A model generated the notes under the pieces. It saw only the letters and a program-made list of their open reading frames with translations. It did not search any database and was not told the DNA's origin. A stretch of 27,032 bases of DNA. Source: a virus (taxonomy: Duplodnaviria; Caudoviricetes). The translations under genes were made by a program, and so were the position numbers. The DNA is taken from positions 1 through 27,032 of IMG/VR virus record IMGVR_UViG_3300005662_000186, one strand, 5' to 3'. Below are positions 9,933-19,300 of this stretch, piece after piece. Position 1 is the stretch's first letter; each line of letters starts with the position of its first letter.

Positions 9933-10892
9933 GTGATCACCGCAACCGACAAGATCAAGCACATCAAGGCAGCCTTTGGCGGCGGATCGATTGACGGTCG
10001 AGGCGCCAACATCGCAGTTGAGTGTCCCTCCTGCGGAAAGACAGGCAAGAGAAAGCTCTCCATTCACATAGAGACTGGGCAGTGCCACTGCTGGGTCTGC
10101 GGTCTTCGCGCAAAGCGTGTCTCCTCTGTGCTGCATAAGCACGTGTCGCGTGAGGTCGCGTCTGAGTACCGACGCCTCTTTGAGGGCGATGCGCCGGACC
10201 TCGGCCTCATTGAGGAGGAGCCGGAGGAGAGGCTGGGCCTTCCCGAGGGTTTTCGGCCTATCTTCAGCAGCTCGTCAGTGAGCGATCCCGACGCGAGGAA
10301 CGCAGCGAGATACCTGTTCAGGAGAGGCCTTTCTGTCGAGGACATGCAGCGGTTCAGGCTGGGTGTCAGCCCAGCAATGCGCAGGCGGGTCATCATCCCG
10401 TCCTTCAACGCGGAAGGTCATCTTAACTTCTACACGGGACGCGCTGTTGACTCAGACAGCACACTTCGCTACTCCAACTGCCAGGCAAAGAAGACCGAAA
10501 TCATCTTCAACGAGATCAACATCGACTGGGCGTCAGAGCTTGTCGTTGTTGAGGGCCCTTTTGACCTCTTCAAGTGCCCAGACAATGCGACCTGCCTTCT
10601 AGGATCAAGCCTGAACGAGCGACACGCACTCTTTGGAAAGATCGCGTCAAACAGGACTCCTGTTGTCCTGGCGCTCGACGCAGACATGCAGGCCAAGACG
10701 CAGCGGATGGCAGAGCTGCTAAGCTCATACGACTGCAGCGTCAGGATCCTCGATGTGTCCGCCTGGGGAAAGGACGTGGGAGAGATGCCTCCCGCAGACG
10801 TCAGGCGCGCGATCAGAGAGGCGAGGCCGTGGCGGCCGTTCGACAGGCTTTTCTTCGCAATCTCATCAATACGGAGCGGATCAATCCTATGA
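9933..10892 (+). CDS. DNA primase-like protein (Zn-binding domain + TOPRIM)
   Basis: CPSC...CHCWVC zinc-binding domain; YLFRRGL and RVIIPSF...FYTGR primase core; VVVEGPFD and LALDAD TOPRIM acidic motifs. Confidence 0.85.
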   Translation: MITATDKIKHIKAAFGGGSIDGRGANIAVECPSCGKTGKRKLSIHIETGQCHCWVCGLRAKRVSSVLHKHVSREVASEYRRLFEGDAPDLGLIEEEPEERLGLPEGFRPIFSSSSVSDPDARNAARYLFRRGLSVEDMQRFRLGVSPAMRRRVIIPSFNAEGHLNFYTGRAVDSDSTLRYSNCQAKKTEIIFNEINIDWASELVVVEGPFDLFKCPDNATCLLGSSLNERHALFGKIASNRTPVVLALDADMQAKTQRMAELLSSYDCSVRILDVSAWGKDVGEMPPADVRRAIREARPWRPFDRLFFAISSIRSGSIL

Positions 10893-13800
10893 GAATCGCC
10901 CACATCAGCGACATCCACATCAGGGGGATGCAGAGGCATCGCGAGTACCGCGAGGCCTTTTCTAGCTTCTACGACAGGTGCCGCGAGCTGAGCGTCAACG
11001 CCATCTTTGTTGGCGGAGACATCTGGCACACGAAGACGCAGGGCATCACTCCTGAGGCAGTGCAGATCATCACAGAGTTCTTCAAGAGCCTGGCGGAAAT
11101 TGCGCCCGTCTACGTCACTCTGGGCAACCATGACGGAATTCTGAGCAACGCGTCACGCCTCGACGCAATCACGCCCATCATCAGCGCCATCGGTGGTAGC
11201 ACCAACAATCCGATAAGGCTCTTCAAGCAGTCGGGCGTCTACCCAATGCACACGCCCGGATTCAACCTCTGCGTCTTTTCGTGCTTCGACGAGGAGGGAT
11301 GGGACAGGGTCAAGCCTGTGCCTGGGGACATCAACATCGCCGCCTACCACGGAGGAGTTGCCGGGTGCCTCCTCGACTCTGACATGGAGTACCAGGCGGA
11401 CACCACGCTCGACCTCTTCGATGGGTTTGACGTTGCCCTCCTGGGCGACATTCACAGGATGCAGTTCCTGGCGCACAAGGAGATCGAGATCCTGGTGAGC
11501 GCCGAAGACCTGCACAGGTACCCAGGCGCTATCGTCCTAGGGTCGAGCTCCGCTCCAAGAGTTCTTAAAGTCAGAACGATTATGCCCTGGATCGGGTACA
11601 GCGGCAGCCTCCTGCAGCAGAACTACGGTGAGGCGCTGCCCAAGGGATTCCTGGTCTGGGACATCGCAGGGCCGAACGCCCACAACGTCTGGTTCGAGGA
11701 GATCCAGACTCCCGACCCGTACATCACGCTCAAGTGGCGGACAGATGTCGCAACGACAGTTTCGAGCCCTGAGCTGCGTCATGGATGTCGCGTTCGACTC
11801 GTCTGCGACAGCACCTGCACGCCGCAGGACGAGCGGCAGATTCAGACTGAGCTCCGGATTCGACACGACATCAGGGAGTTCGTGACCAAGCGCGAGAAGA
11901 AGGACTCGGCTGTCGTCGTCTCGGATGTGATCAGCGAGGATCTTCACGCTCCTGCCACGCACATCAAGCTCATCAAGGAGATGGTCCGGGACTACCACAC
12001 GCAGGACGAGTGGGAGCTTGCGGAGAGCATCGTCTGCAAGGCCCTGTCTGAGGCAGGTTTGAAGTCAGACGACGCACGAGGTGTAACATGGACCGTTCGC
12101 TCTCTTGAGTTTGACAACCTCTTCACCTATGCCGGCGGAAACTCGCTAAGCTTCGCAGACATGAGGGGCGTGACAGGAATCTTCGGACCCAACAGGATCG
12201 GAAAGTCCTCCATCATCGGCGCGATGGTGTACTGCATGTTCAACACGACTGACAGGGGGTCGATGAAGAACATCCACGTCATTCGAACGGGGCAGCAGTC
12301 CTGCCGAGCGAAGATGGACATCACTGTTGGCGACAGAGAGATCCAGATTGAGCGTGCCTCCTCCCTCAAGTTTGAGAAGAACGGAAGGGTGTGGGCGCCA
12401 ACAGCTCTCACCCTGACCGACTCAAACGACAACGCGTCAGGAGAGCAGAGGTCCGACACGGAGAAGATCATCAGGAGGACCATCGGGACCGCTGAGGACT
12501 TTTTCATGACAGCGCTGTCCGCCCAGGGGACAATGAACCGCTTCATCGACGAGGGCGCGACCTCCCGAAAGACCTACCTGGGTCGCTTTCTGGACCTCGA
12601 CATCTTCGATCGCGCCCTTGAGGCGATCAAGACTGATGCGTCCTCCATCAAGTCAAAGCTGCGCGCCATGCCCGATAGGGACTGGGCTGCCTCTCTGCAG
12701 GATGTGGACGAGAAGATCAAGAAGGCAGAGAGGGACATCCAAGACAACGACCTGCGCGTCACAGACCTGCACAGCCGTCGGGCTGAGATTCAGGCAGAGC
12801 TGATCGCCACCGCAAGCACTCAGCAGGTTGTCACCGCAGCTGACGTCGAGAGGCTCAAGGGCGTCTTTGAGAGGCGCAAGACAGACCTTGAGTCTGAGGA
12901 GAGCCGCATCCAGACTGTCAAGGATCGCATCGACTCTGTCGAAAAGAAGATCTCCGCCATCGAGACGCTGAAGGCAGAGGTCGACATCGAGGGACTCAGG
13001 TCACAGCTCAAGAACCAGCGCGACCTCGAGAGAAAAATCACTGACCTAAGCGCGTCCCTGAAGATCAGCAGGACTGAGCTCACAACTGCGAGCTCAAACG
13101 CTGAGGTTCTGACGCAGATTCCCTGCGGTGACTCATTTCCCACCTGCAAGTTCATAAAGCGGTCCTTTGAGTCGCGGGACAAGATCCCAGAGATCGAGGA
13201 GACAATCAAGAAGGCTGAGAGCGCTCTCAAGAGCTCCCAGGATGCGCTTGCGATCATCGCCGCGCTGAACACCGACGAGAAGATCAGCAGCTACACAACT
13301 GCAGTTGGCAGAGAGTCAGACCTGAGAGCGTCCCTGCGGTCAGCTAAGGGCGAGCTCACTGCAGCTGAGAGCGCAAAGGGCAGGGCGGCAACACAGCTTG
13401 ACGACGCAAAGCGCGATTACGAGGCCGCCGAGGAGAGGGCAGCAGACACAACTTCGTCTGCCGTGAGCGCTCAAAAGGATGAGCTTGACAAGATCAACAG
13501 AGAAATTGACGATCTCGGCAAGGCAAGGGGCAACAGGCAGGCAGATCTCGCCAAGCTGCAGACTGATCGCGAGACCCTATCGTCGGGCCAGACGGAGTCA
13601 AAGACGCTCAGGAAGCAGTGGCGAGTCTACGAGACGCTGCTCAACGCCTACTCCAAGAAGGGCCTTCCCAGCCAGATCCTGGACAAGCTGCTTCCTGCTA
13701 TCAACGCCGAGATTGCTGAGATCCTCAGCGGCGTCGTCAACTTCGAGGTGCAGCTCGAAATCGACACAGAGACAAACGCACTTGAGATCTACATCGACTA

Positions 13801-14101
13801 CGGCGACAGCAGGCGAATCATTGAGCTCGGATCGGGAATGGAGAAGATGATCGCGTCGATTGCGATTCGAGTGGCTCTCACTCGCATCACCACGCTTCCA
13901 AAGCCTGACTTCATCATCATAGACGAGGGATTTGGCACGCTCGATGAGAGCCAGCTCTCCTCCTGCGTCTCACTGATCCGATCGCTCAAGAGAATCTACA
14001 GGTTCATTCTTGTGATCTCCCACGTCGACGCTGTGAAGGACGCAGTCGACCAGGTTATTGAGATCACACGGGTCAATGGCGCGTCCCAGGTGACAGCATG
14101 A
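10889..14101 (+). CDS. Fused Mre11/SbcD nuclease-Rad50/SbcC ATPase (T4 gp47+gp46-like), about 1070 aa
   Basis: Start taken as ATG 10889 (ATGA overlap with the primase stop). Phosphoesterase motifs HISDIH, GGDIWH, GNHD, AAYHG, LGDIH, YSGS; Walker A GPNRIGKSS; Q-loop SAQG; long coiled coil; signature GSGME; Walker B/D-loop IIIDEGFGTLD; H-loop ISH. Confidence 0.92.
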   Translation: MRIAHISDIHIRGMQRHREYREAFSSFYDRCRELSVNAIFVGGDIWHTKTQGITPEAVQIITEFFKSLAEIAPVYVTLGNHDGILSNASRLDAITPIISAIGGSTNNPIRLFKQSGVYPMHTPGFNLCVFSCFDEEGWDRVKPVPGDINIAAYHGGVAGCLLDSDMEYQADTTLDLFDGFDVALLGDIHRMQFLAHKEIEILVSAEDLHRYPGAIVLGSSSAPRVLKVRTIMPWIGYSGSLLQQNYGEALPKGFLVWDIAGPNAHNVWFEEIQTPDPYITLKWRTDVATTVSSPELRHGCRVRLVCDSTCTPQDERQIQTELRIRHDIREFVTKREKKDSAVVVSDVISEDLHAPATHIKLIKEMVRDYHTQDEWELAESIVCKALSEAGLKSDDARGVTWTVRSLEFDNLFTYAGGNSLSFADMRGVTGIFGPNRIGKSSIIGAMVYCMFNTTDRGSMKNIHVIRTGQQSCRAKMDITVGDREIQIERASSLKFEKNGRVWAPTALTLTDSNDNASGEQRSDTEKIIRRTIGTAEDFFMTALSAQGTMNRFIDEGATSRKTYLGRFLDLDIFDRALEAIKTDASSIKSKLRAMPDRDWAASLQDVDEKIKKAERDIQDNDLRVTDLHSRRAEIQAELIATASTQQVVTAADVERLKGVFERRKTDLESEESRIQTVKDRIDSVEKKISAIETLKAEVDIEGLRSQLKNQRDLERKITDLSASLKISRTELTTASSNAEVLTQIPCGDSFPTCKFIKRSFESRDKIPEIEETIKKAESALKSSQDALAIIAALNTDEKISSYTTAVGRESDLRASLRSAKGELTAAESAKGRAATQLDDAKRDYEAAEERAADTTSSAVSAQKDELDKINREIDDLGKARGNRQADLAKLQTDRETLSSGQTESKTLRKQWRVYETLLNAYSKKGLPSQILDKLLPAINAEIAEILSGVVNFEVQLEIDTETNALEIYIDYGDSRRIIELGSGMEKMIASIAIRVALTRITTLPKPDFIIIDEGFGTLDESQLSSCVSLIRSLKRIYRFILVISHVDAVKDAVDQVIEITRVNGASQVTA

Positions 14102-14328
14102 GCGTGCCAATCTTTTGTCCAGTGTGCCGCAGGGCAATGTCAAGCCCCAACGACTTCGAGCAGTTCTCGATCCACCAGTGCTGCGATGAGTGCGCAATAA
14201 ATTTTGCTGAGATTCGCAGGACTGAGTGGACTGAGGGGTGGCGGCCGTCTGTCGACGAGGCGAGACAAGCGACAGCGCGCCCAGTAATACCTAGAGTATG
14301 CTCAGCTTCAACGACGTCAACATCCTAG
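14098..14328 (+). CDS. Small Zn-finger protein (76 aa)
   Basis: CPVC...CCDEC cysteine pairs, W-rich tail (EWTEGWRP), ATGA-coupled to the SbcCD stop. Confidence 0.65.
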   Translation: MSVPIFCPVCRRAMSSPNDFEQFSIHQCCDECAINFAEIRRTEWTEGWRPSVDEARQATARPVIPRVCSASTTSTS

Positions 14329-14672
14329 GCACAATCATCGACACCACCTTCGGGCACAGCTCGACGCGAGGCGTGTCTTCGATCAAGATTCAGATCACGG
14401 GTGAGACTCTAGTCTTCACCTACCACGAGATCTGCAACATCGCTAGTGACATGGACAAGTTCGGGCAGGTGCGTCCGATCATCGATCGTGCGCAGAAGAT
14501 GATCAAGGAGCGAAAGGCTGAGGTTGAGAAGGAGTTCAAGCGCACCACGAAGCGCGACCTCAAGCTCAAGGAGACCAGCGTCGGAAACGTGCTTGATCCC
14601 ATGGGCTACAACTACCTCAACCCAGTTAGGCCCACACACTTCAGGATGACCGCCACCTACGAGATTAGGTGA
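14298..14672 (+). CDS. Hypothetical protein (124 aa) immediately upstream of terminase
   Basis: Codon usage like neighbouring genes and fills the gap before the terminase. No family recognised. A small-terminase role is only a positional guess. Confidence 0.65.
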   Translation: MLSFNDVNILGTIIDTTFGHSSTRGVSSIKIQITGETLVFTYHEICNIASDMDKFGQVRPIIDRAQKMIKERKAEVEKEFKRTTKRDLKLKETSVGNVLDPMGYNYLNPVRPTHFRMTATYEIR

Positions 14673-14675
14673 TGC

Positions 14676-16298
14676 ATGGGTGTTAGTCCTGCAGTCGTCC
14701 CCAAGAAGAAGCAGGTAGAGGAGATCATTAGGTGTGGAAGGGATCCCACCTACTTCTTCAACACTTACTGCAAGATTCAACACCCCACCCGGGGCCTGCT
14801 CCCGTTCAAGACTTACGCGTTCCAGGACGACTGTGTTGACCAGTTCAGGAAGAACAGGTTCAACATTGTGGTCAAGTCGCGTCAGCTGGGCCTGTCCACT
14901 ATCACTGCCGCGTACGCAGTCTGGATGGCCCTGTACCAGAAAGAGAAGAACATCCTGGTTATTGCCACCAAGCTGCAGGTCGCGCAGGGCTTTATCAGGA
15001 AGGTCAAGACCATCCTGAACAATATGCCGCCCTGGCTCATCCTGCCGCAGGTCACTGTCAACAACAAGCAGCAGCTAGAGTTCAGCAACGGCTCCTCCAT
15101 CAAGGCCATCCCGACCTCTGACGACGCGGGTCGTTCTGAGTCGTTGACCCTGCTGATCATTGACGAGGCAGCATTCGTTCGAAACTTCGACGAGATCTGG
15201 ACGGGCATCGGCCCCACGCTCACGACAGGCGGCCAGGCCATCCTCCTCTCGACGCCCAACGGCGTTGGCGGACAGTTCTACAAGCTTTATGCAGACGCTG
15301 AGTCCGGCGTCAACGAGTTCAACCCAATCAAGCTGCCCTGGACTGTGCATCCTGAGCATGACCAGGCCTGGTTTGAGAAGGAGTCCAAGAACTACTCCGA
15401 TCGGCAGATCGCGCAGGAGTTCATGTGCGACTTCGCAGCGTCAGGCGACACATTCCTGACTGACGCTGACATCGCCTGGGTCAACGGCATGATCAGGCCG
15501 CCTGTCATGAGAGGTGGTCCGGACATGAACGTTTGGGTGTGGAAGATTCCCCTGACTGAGCACAAGTACATCCTCACGGGAGACGTCGCCAGAGGAGACT
15601 CCACCGACTACTCCACCTTCCACATCATTGACTGTATGACAGGCGAGATCGTCGCTGAGTACCGCGGGAAGATGCCGCCCGACAGGTTTGCTGAGCTGAT
15701 CAGTGAGTGGGGACTCAAGTACAACAAGGCGCTGGTTTGTCCCGAGAACAACTCCTACGGGTACGCCTGCCTCCTCAGGCTCAAGGATCTCAACTACCCG
15801 AGGATCTACACACAGGGCTCCAAGGTGGCGCTGATTGGCGACTACGTTCAGCCTGTCGACCTCGCCCAGGCTGGATTTGCCACGACAGGCAAGACCAGAA
15901 CAATCATCTTGACAAAGCTCGAGGAGCTGATCCGCAATAAGCTCCTCGTGTCCTACTCGTCACGCTTCTATCAGGAGCTAAAGACGTTTGTGTGGTCAAA
16001 CAACTCCAAGGCTGAGGCAATGAAGGGTCATAATGATGACCTTGTCATGTCTCTCGCCATTGGAGCGTGGCTGTTTGACGCAAACTCAGAGTACAGCAGA
16101 GGATCTGTCGACCTGAACACAGCAATTCTTGCAGGAATGAGGCGCGCTGCAGTCACGACAGAGCGTGTTCTGCCAGGCCACACGCCCAACATCTACACCT
16201 CAGCGCAGCTTGGAAACGATCCGAGAGGCGACATGAGGATGATAGGACAATTGAGGGGCGGCAGAATTCCGCAGGATATGTCCTGGATTTTGAAGTAG
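14676..16298 (+). CDS. terL: Terminase large subunit (T4 gp17-like)
   Basis: Walker A KSRQLGLST, Walker B LLIIDEAAF, coupling motif STPNG, nuclease motifs GDVARG..DYS, ENN, HNDDLVMSLA. AGGTGAT RBS upstream. Confidence 0.95.
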   Translation: MGVSPAVVPKKKQVEEIIRCGRDPTYFFNTYCKIQHPTRGLLPFKTYAFQDDCVDQFRKNRFNIVVKSRQLGLSTITAAYAVWMALYQKEKNILVIATKLQVAQGFIRKVKTILNNMPPWLILPQVTVNNKQQLEFSNGSSIKAIPTSDDAGRSESLTLLIIDEAAFVRNFDEIWTGIGPTLTTGGQAILLSTPNGVGGQFYKLYADAESGVNEFNPIKLPWTVHPEHDQAWFEKESKNYSDRQIAQEFMCDFAASGDTFLTDADIAWVNGMIRPPVMRGGPDMNVWVWKIPLTEHKYILTGDVARGDSTDYSTFHIIDCMTGEIVAEYRGKMPPDRFAELISEWGLKYNKALVCPENNSYGYACLLRLKDLNYPRIYTQGSKVALIGDYVQPVDLAQAGFATTGKTRTIILTKLEELIRNKLLVSYSSRFYQELKTFVWSNNSKAEAMKGHNDDLVMSLAIGAWLFDANSEYSRGSVDLNTAILAGMRRAAVTTERVLPGHTPNIYTSAQLGNDPRGDMRMIGQLRGGRIPQDMSWILK

Positions 16299-16329
16299 CA
16301 CTGCCTACAATAGGCGCGCGGAGACAGCA

Positions 16330-19300
16330 ATGGCGAAGAACGAAAATCCGGGACTTTTCCAGCGCCTGACGACGCTGTTCAGGAGCGGTCCCGTCATCAA
16401 GCGGACTGTCAAGAGCTTCACTCCAGAGAAGCAGGGACAGACGCTCTCTGCCTACGAGATGTTCCGCAAGAATCATAGCTCTGTCTACAGCAGCGCTATG
16501 AGCGCCTACGGGACATACGATAGGCTTGCGCGCTACAGCGACTTCAGTGAGATGGACTACACGCCTGAGATCAACAGCGCGCTCGACATCTACTCTGAGG
16601 AGGTCGCGTCACCCGGAGCAGACGGTCAGATCCTCTCTGTGTACTCAGAGAACAAGGACATCGAGCGTCTGCTCAGCGAGCTCTTCTTCGACACACTCAA
16701 CGTGAACTTCAATCTGACCCCCTGGGTCAGGAACCTCTGCAAGTATGGAGACTTCTGCCTCTTCAATGACGTGCATCCGGGACACGGAGTGCTGAACGTC
16801 ATTCCCATTCCAGTCAATGAGCTAGAGCGCGAGGAGAACTTCGATCCCAAGGATCCGATGGCGGTCAGATACCGCTGGGTGACGCAGGGAAACACGCCTC
16901 TAGAGAACTGGCAGGTCACACACTTTAGGCTCCTCGGCAACGACGCCTTCCTTCCCTACGGATCTTCTGTCCTAGAGGGCGCGAGAAGAGTGTGGCGTCA
17001 GCTGGTCCTCGCTGAGGACGCGATGCTTGTCTACAGGGTTGTGAGATCACCTGATCGCCGAGTCTTCTACATTGACGTCGGCAACGTGCCTCCCGAGGAC
17101 GTGCCCGCGTACATGGAGCAGGCTCAGGCGTCGCTCAAGAAGTCGCAGATCGTCGACAAGAACAGTGGTCGCGTTGACATGCGATATAATCCGATGCCAA
17201 TAAAGCATGATACTCCAGTTCCTCTTCTTGACGGAACAACGCTAACAATTGAAGATATTTCCAGGCGAATGGAGGCAGAGCCTAGCTGGACCCCCTGGGT
17301 GTACTCCGTCCAGGATGGGACCAAGCGAGTGGTGCCGGGCAAGGTCGTCTGGTGCGGCAAGAACTACACCGCAAATCGCCTAGTGAGGGTGTGGCTTGAC
17401 AACGGCTCCCACATCACCACCGCGCCTGAGCACCCCTTCGTGATGAGGGACGGGACGTCGCGACGGGCGGACGAGCTTGTTGTGGGTGAGAGCCTGATGT
17501 CTGCGTACCGAGACCTGAACAATCGCGGATACGAGCGAATCGTCGAGCCAGAAGGAAATCGTAACTCTACCCACGTCATCGTCGCTAGAGACGCCCACGC
17601 GGATGCGTGGAACAGCACAGACTTTCGAGTTGTGCACCACAAGCACCCGGAGATGGGCGCTGCCAACAAGAGAAACAACACACCCGACAACCTGGAGGTG
17701 ATGAACTTCTGGGAGCACCGGGCGATGCACGCCCAGCACTGCGAGAAGACCCTCAATCGCCCTGAGCTCCTAGCAGAGAGGCGCGTCAAGCGAATCCAGT
17801 TCAACAAGTCGCCCGAGAAGCGCGCGCGGACGTCTGAGCTGAACCGCACCCTTGACAAGGCTAGACGGATGGGAGAGAAGTACAACGGATCTGATCTTCA
17901 TGCCTCCCACAACGACGCCCGCAGGGACGCCCAGCTTCAGAGCTGGAGCGAGATCAGGGACGCAAGATCAGAGGAGATGCAGTGGATCGTCCCCAACGAG
18001 GTCGTGGCCTTCGTCTTTGACATGATCAAGAAGGACAACAGGGCTGGGAGAGAGGAGATCACAGAGGCGCTCAGGAGCAGCTCTGAGATGATCGACTCCC
18101 TGCGGCTGGCGAACGCAGGAAACAAGCGCAACCCGCTGAAGTTTCATGTGAACGCAGTCTCCGGCAAGCTCCACAGGATGGGCTGCACTCCCAGCGAGAA
18201 GTTCGGCGACCTGAGGCGGTTTGCGATCAGCAATCCTGCCCCTGTCAACCATCAGGTCGTTCGCGTCGAGGTAATCGAGGGCGTGGCAGACGACGTCTAC
18301 TGCATGACAGTCGTGGGGAGTCGAGGCGAGGACGATCGGCACAACTTCGCTGTTAACGGCATAGGTGAAGAAAGCCCAGTTAAATCCTTGATTTTCCTAC
18401 GGAACTCCGTCGATGAGGACTACTTCATCCCGGTCAGAGGCGGAGAGTCTGGCACGAAGATCGACACACTCTCGGGCGGCACCAACGCGGCAGCAATTGA
18501 GGATGTCACTTACATCCAGAAGAAGCTCTTTGCCGCCCTGAAGATTCCCAAGGCGTACCTCGGATACGATGAGTCGATTGGTAGCAAGGCGACACTGTCG
18601 CAGGAGGACATCCGCTTCTCCCGGACAATCGCCCGCATACAGCGATCTGTCATCGCAGAGCTGAACAAGCTCGCCATCATCCACCTGTACTCCAACGGGT
18701 ACGATGGAGATGACCTCCTTGACTTCACACTGCAGCTTCCAAATCCCTCCACGATTGCGCAGCAGCAGAAGCTTGACCTCTACGGAACGCGATTCGACAT
18801 TGTCTCTAAGGCGCCTGAGGGCTACTTCGACAAGCGGTGGCTGCGCAAGAACCTGCTTGGCCTGACAGACGAGGAGATCGAGGAGATCGAGGAAGGCAGG
18901 ATCAAAGACAAGATACGGGAGCTTGAGCTTGAGAAGGTTCAGGCACAGGAGGAGCAGGGAGGAATGGCTCCTGAGCCTCCTCCCACAGGCGGTGAGATCG
19001 GCGGAGGTCCTCCTGAGATGCCTCCCATGCCGCCTCCCGAGGCAGGAGGAGGAGAGGGACCGCCGCCCCCACCGCCGCCGCCAGGCGGGGGTGAGCCGGC
19101 AGGAGGAGGCGGAGGAGCACCAGCAGGCGGTGGTGGCGGACCGGCTCTTGACGAGATGGAGATCTTCAAGCTCGACGATGAGGACTCGCCAATCAGGGCG
19201 CAGAGCTTCATCGACAGAAGCACACGCAACCTATCCGACCTGCCAGTCGTACTCAGCGAGGCGAGGAAGGCGCGTACGAGGAAGAAGGGAGAGAGCGCCG

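Noticed and set aside
10574-10888. 105-codon upstream extension of the SbcCD ORF (1175-aa call), or a primase-SbcCD frameshift fusion
   Set aside because: It overlaps the primase TOPRIM region in another frame and reads as Arg-rich shadow sequence. MRIAHISDIH at 10889 is a typical nuclease N-terminus with ATGA coupling. No slippery site was noticed.
14670-14678. In-frame TGA-TGC-ATG joining the 124-aa ORF to terL (readthrough or recoding)
   Set aside because: The TGA is part of an AGGTGAT Shine-Dalgarno for terL, which explains the arrangement. TGA is used as a normal stop in many genes here.
16303-16315. Small inverted repeat GCCTA-CAA-TAGGC between terL and portal as a terminator
   Set aside because: Only 5 bp with no U-tract. 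It contains a -10-like TACAAT, but no -35 is evident, so it was not called.
17174-17190. Perfect TTGACA and TATAAT hexamers just before the intein
   Set aside because: They are only 5 nt apart rather than about 17, so this is not a sigma70 promoter. Both arise from codons for V-D-M-R-Y-N.
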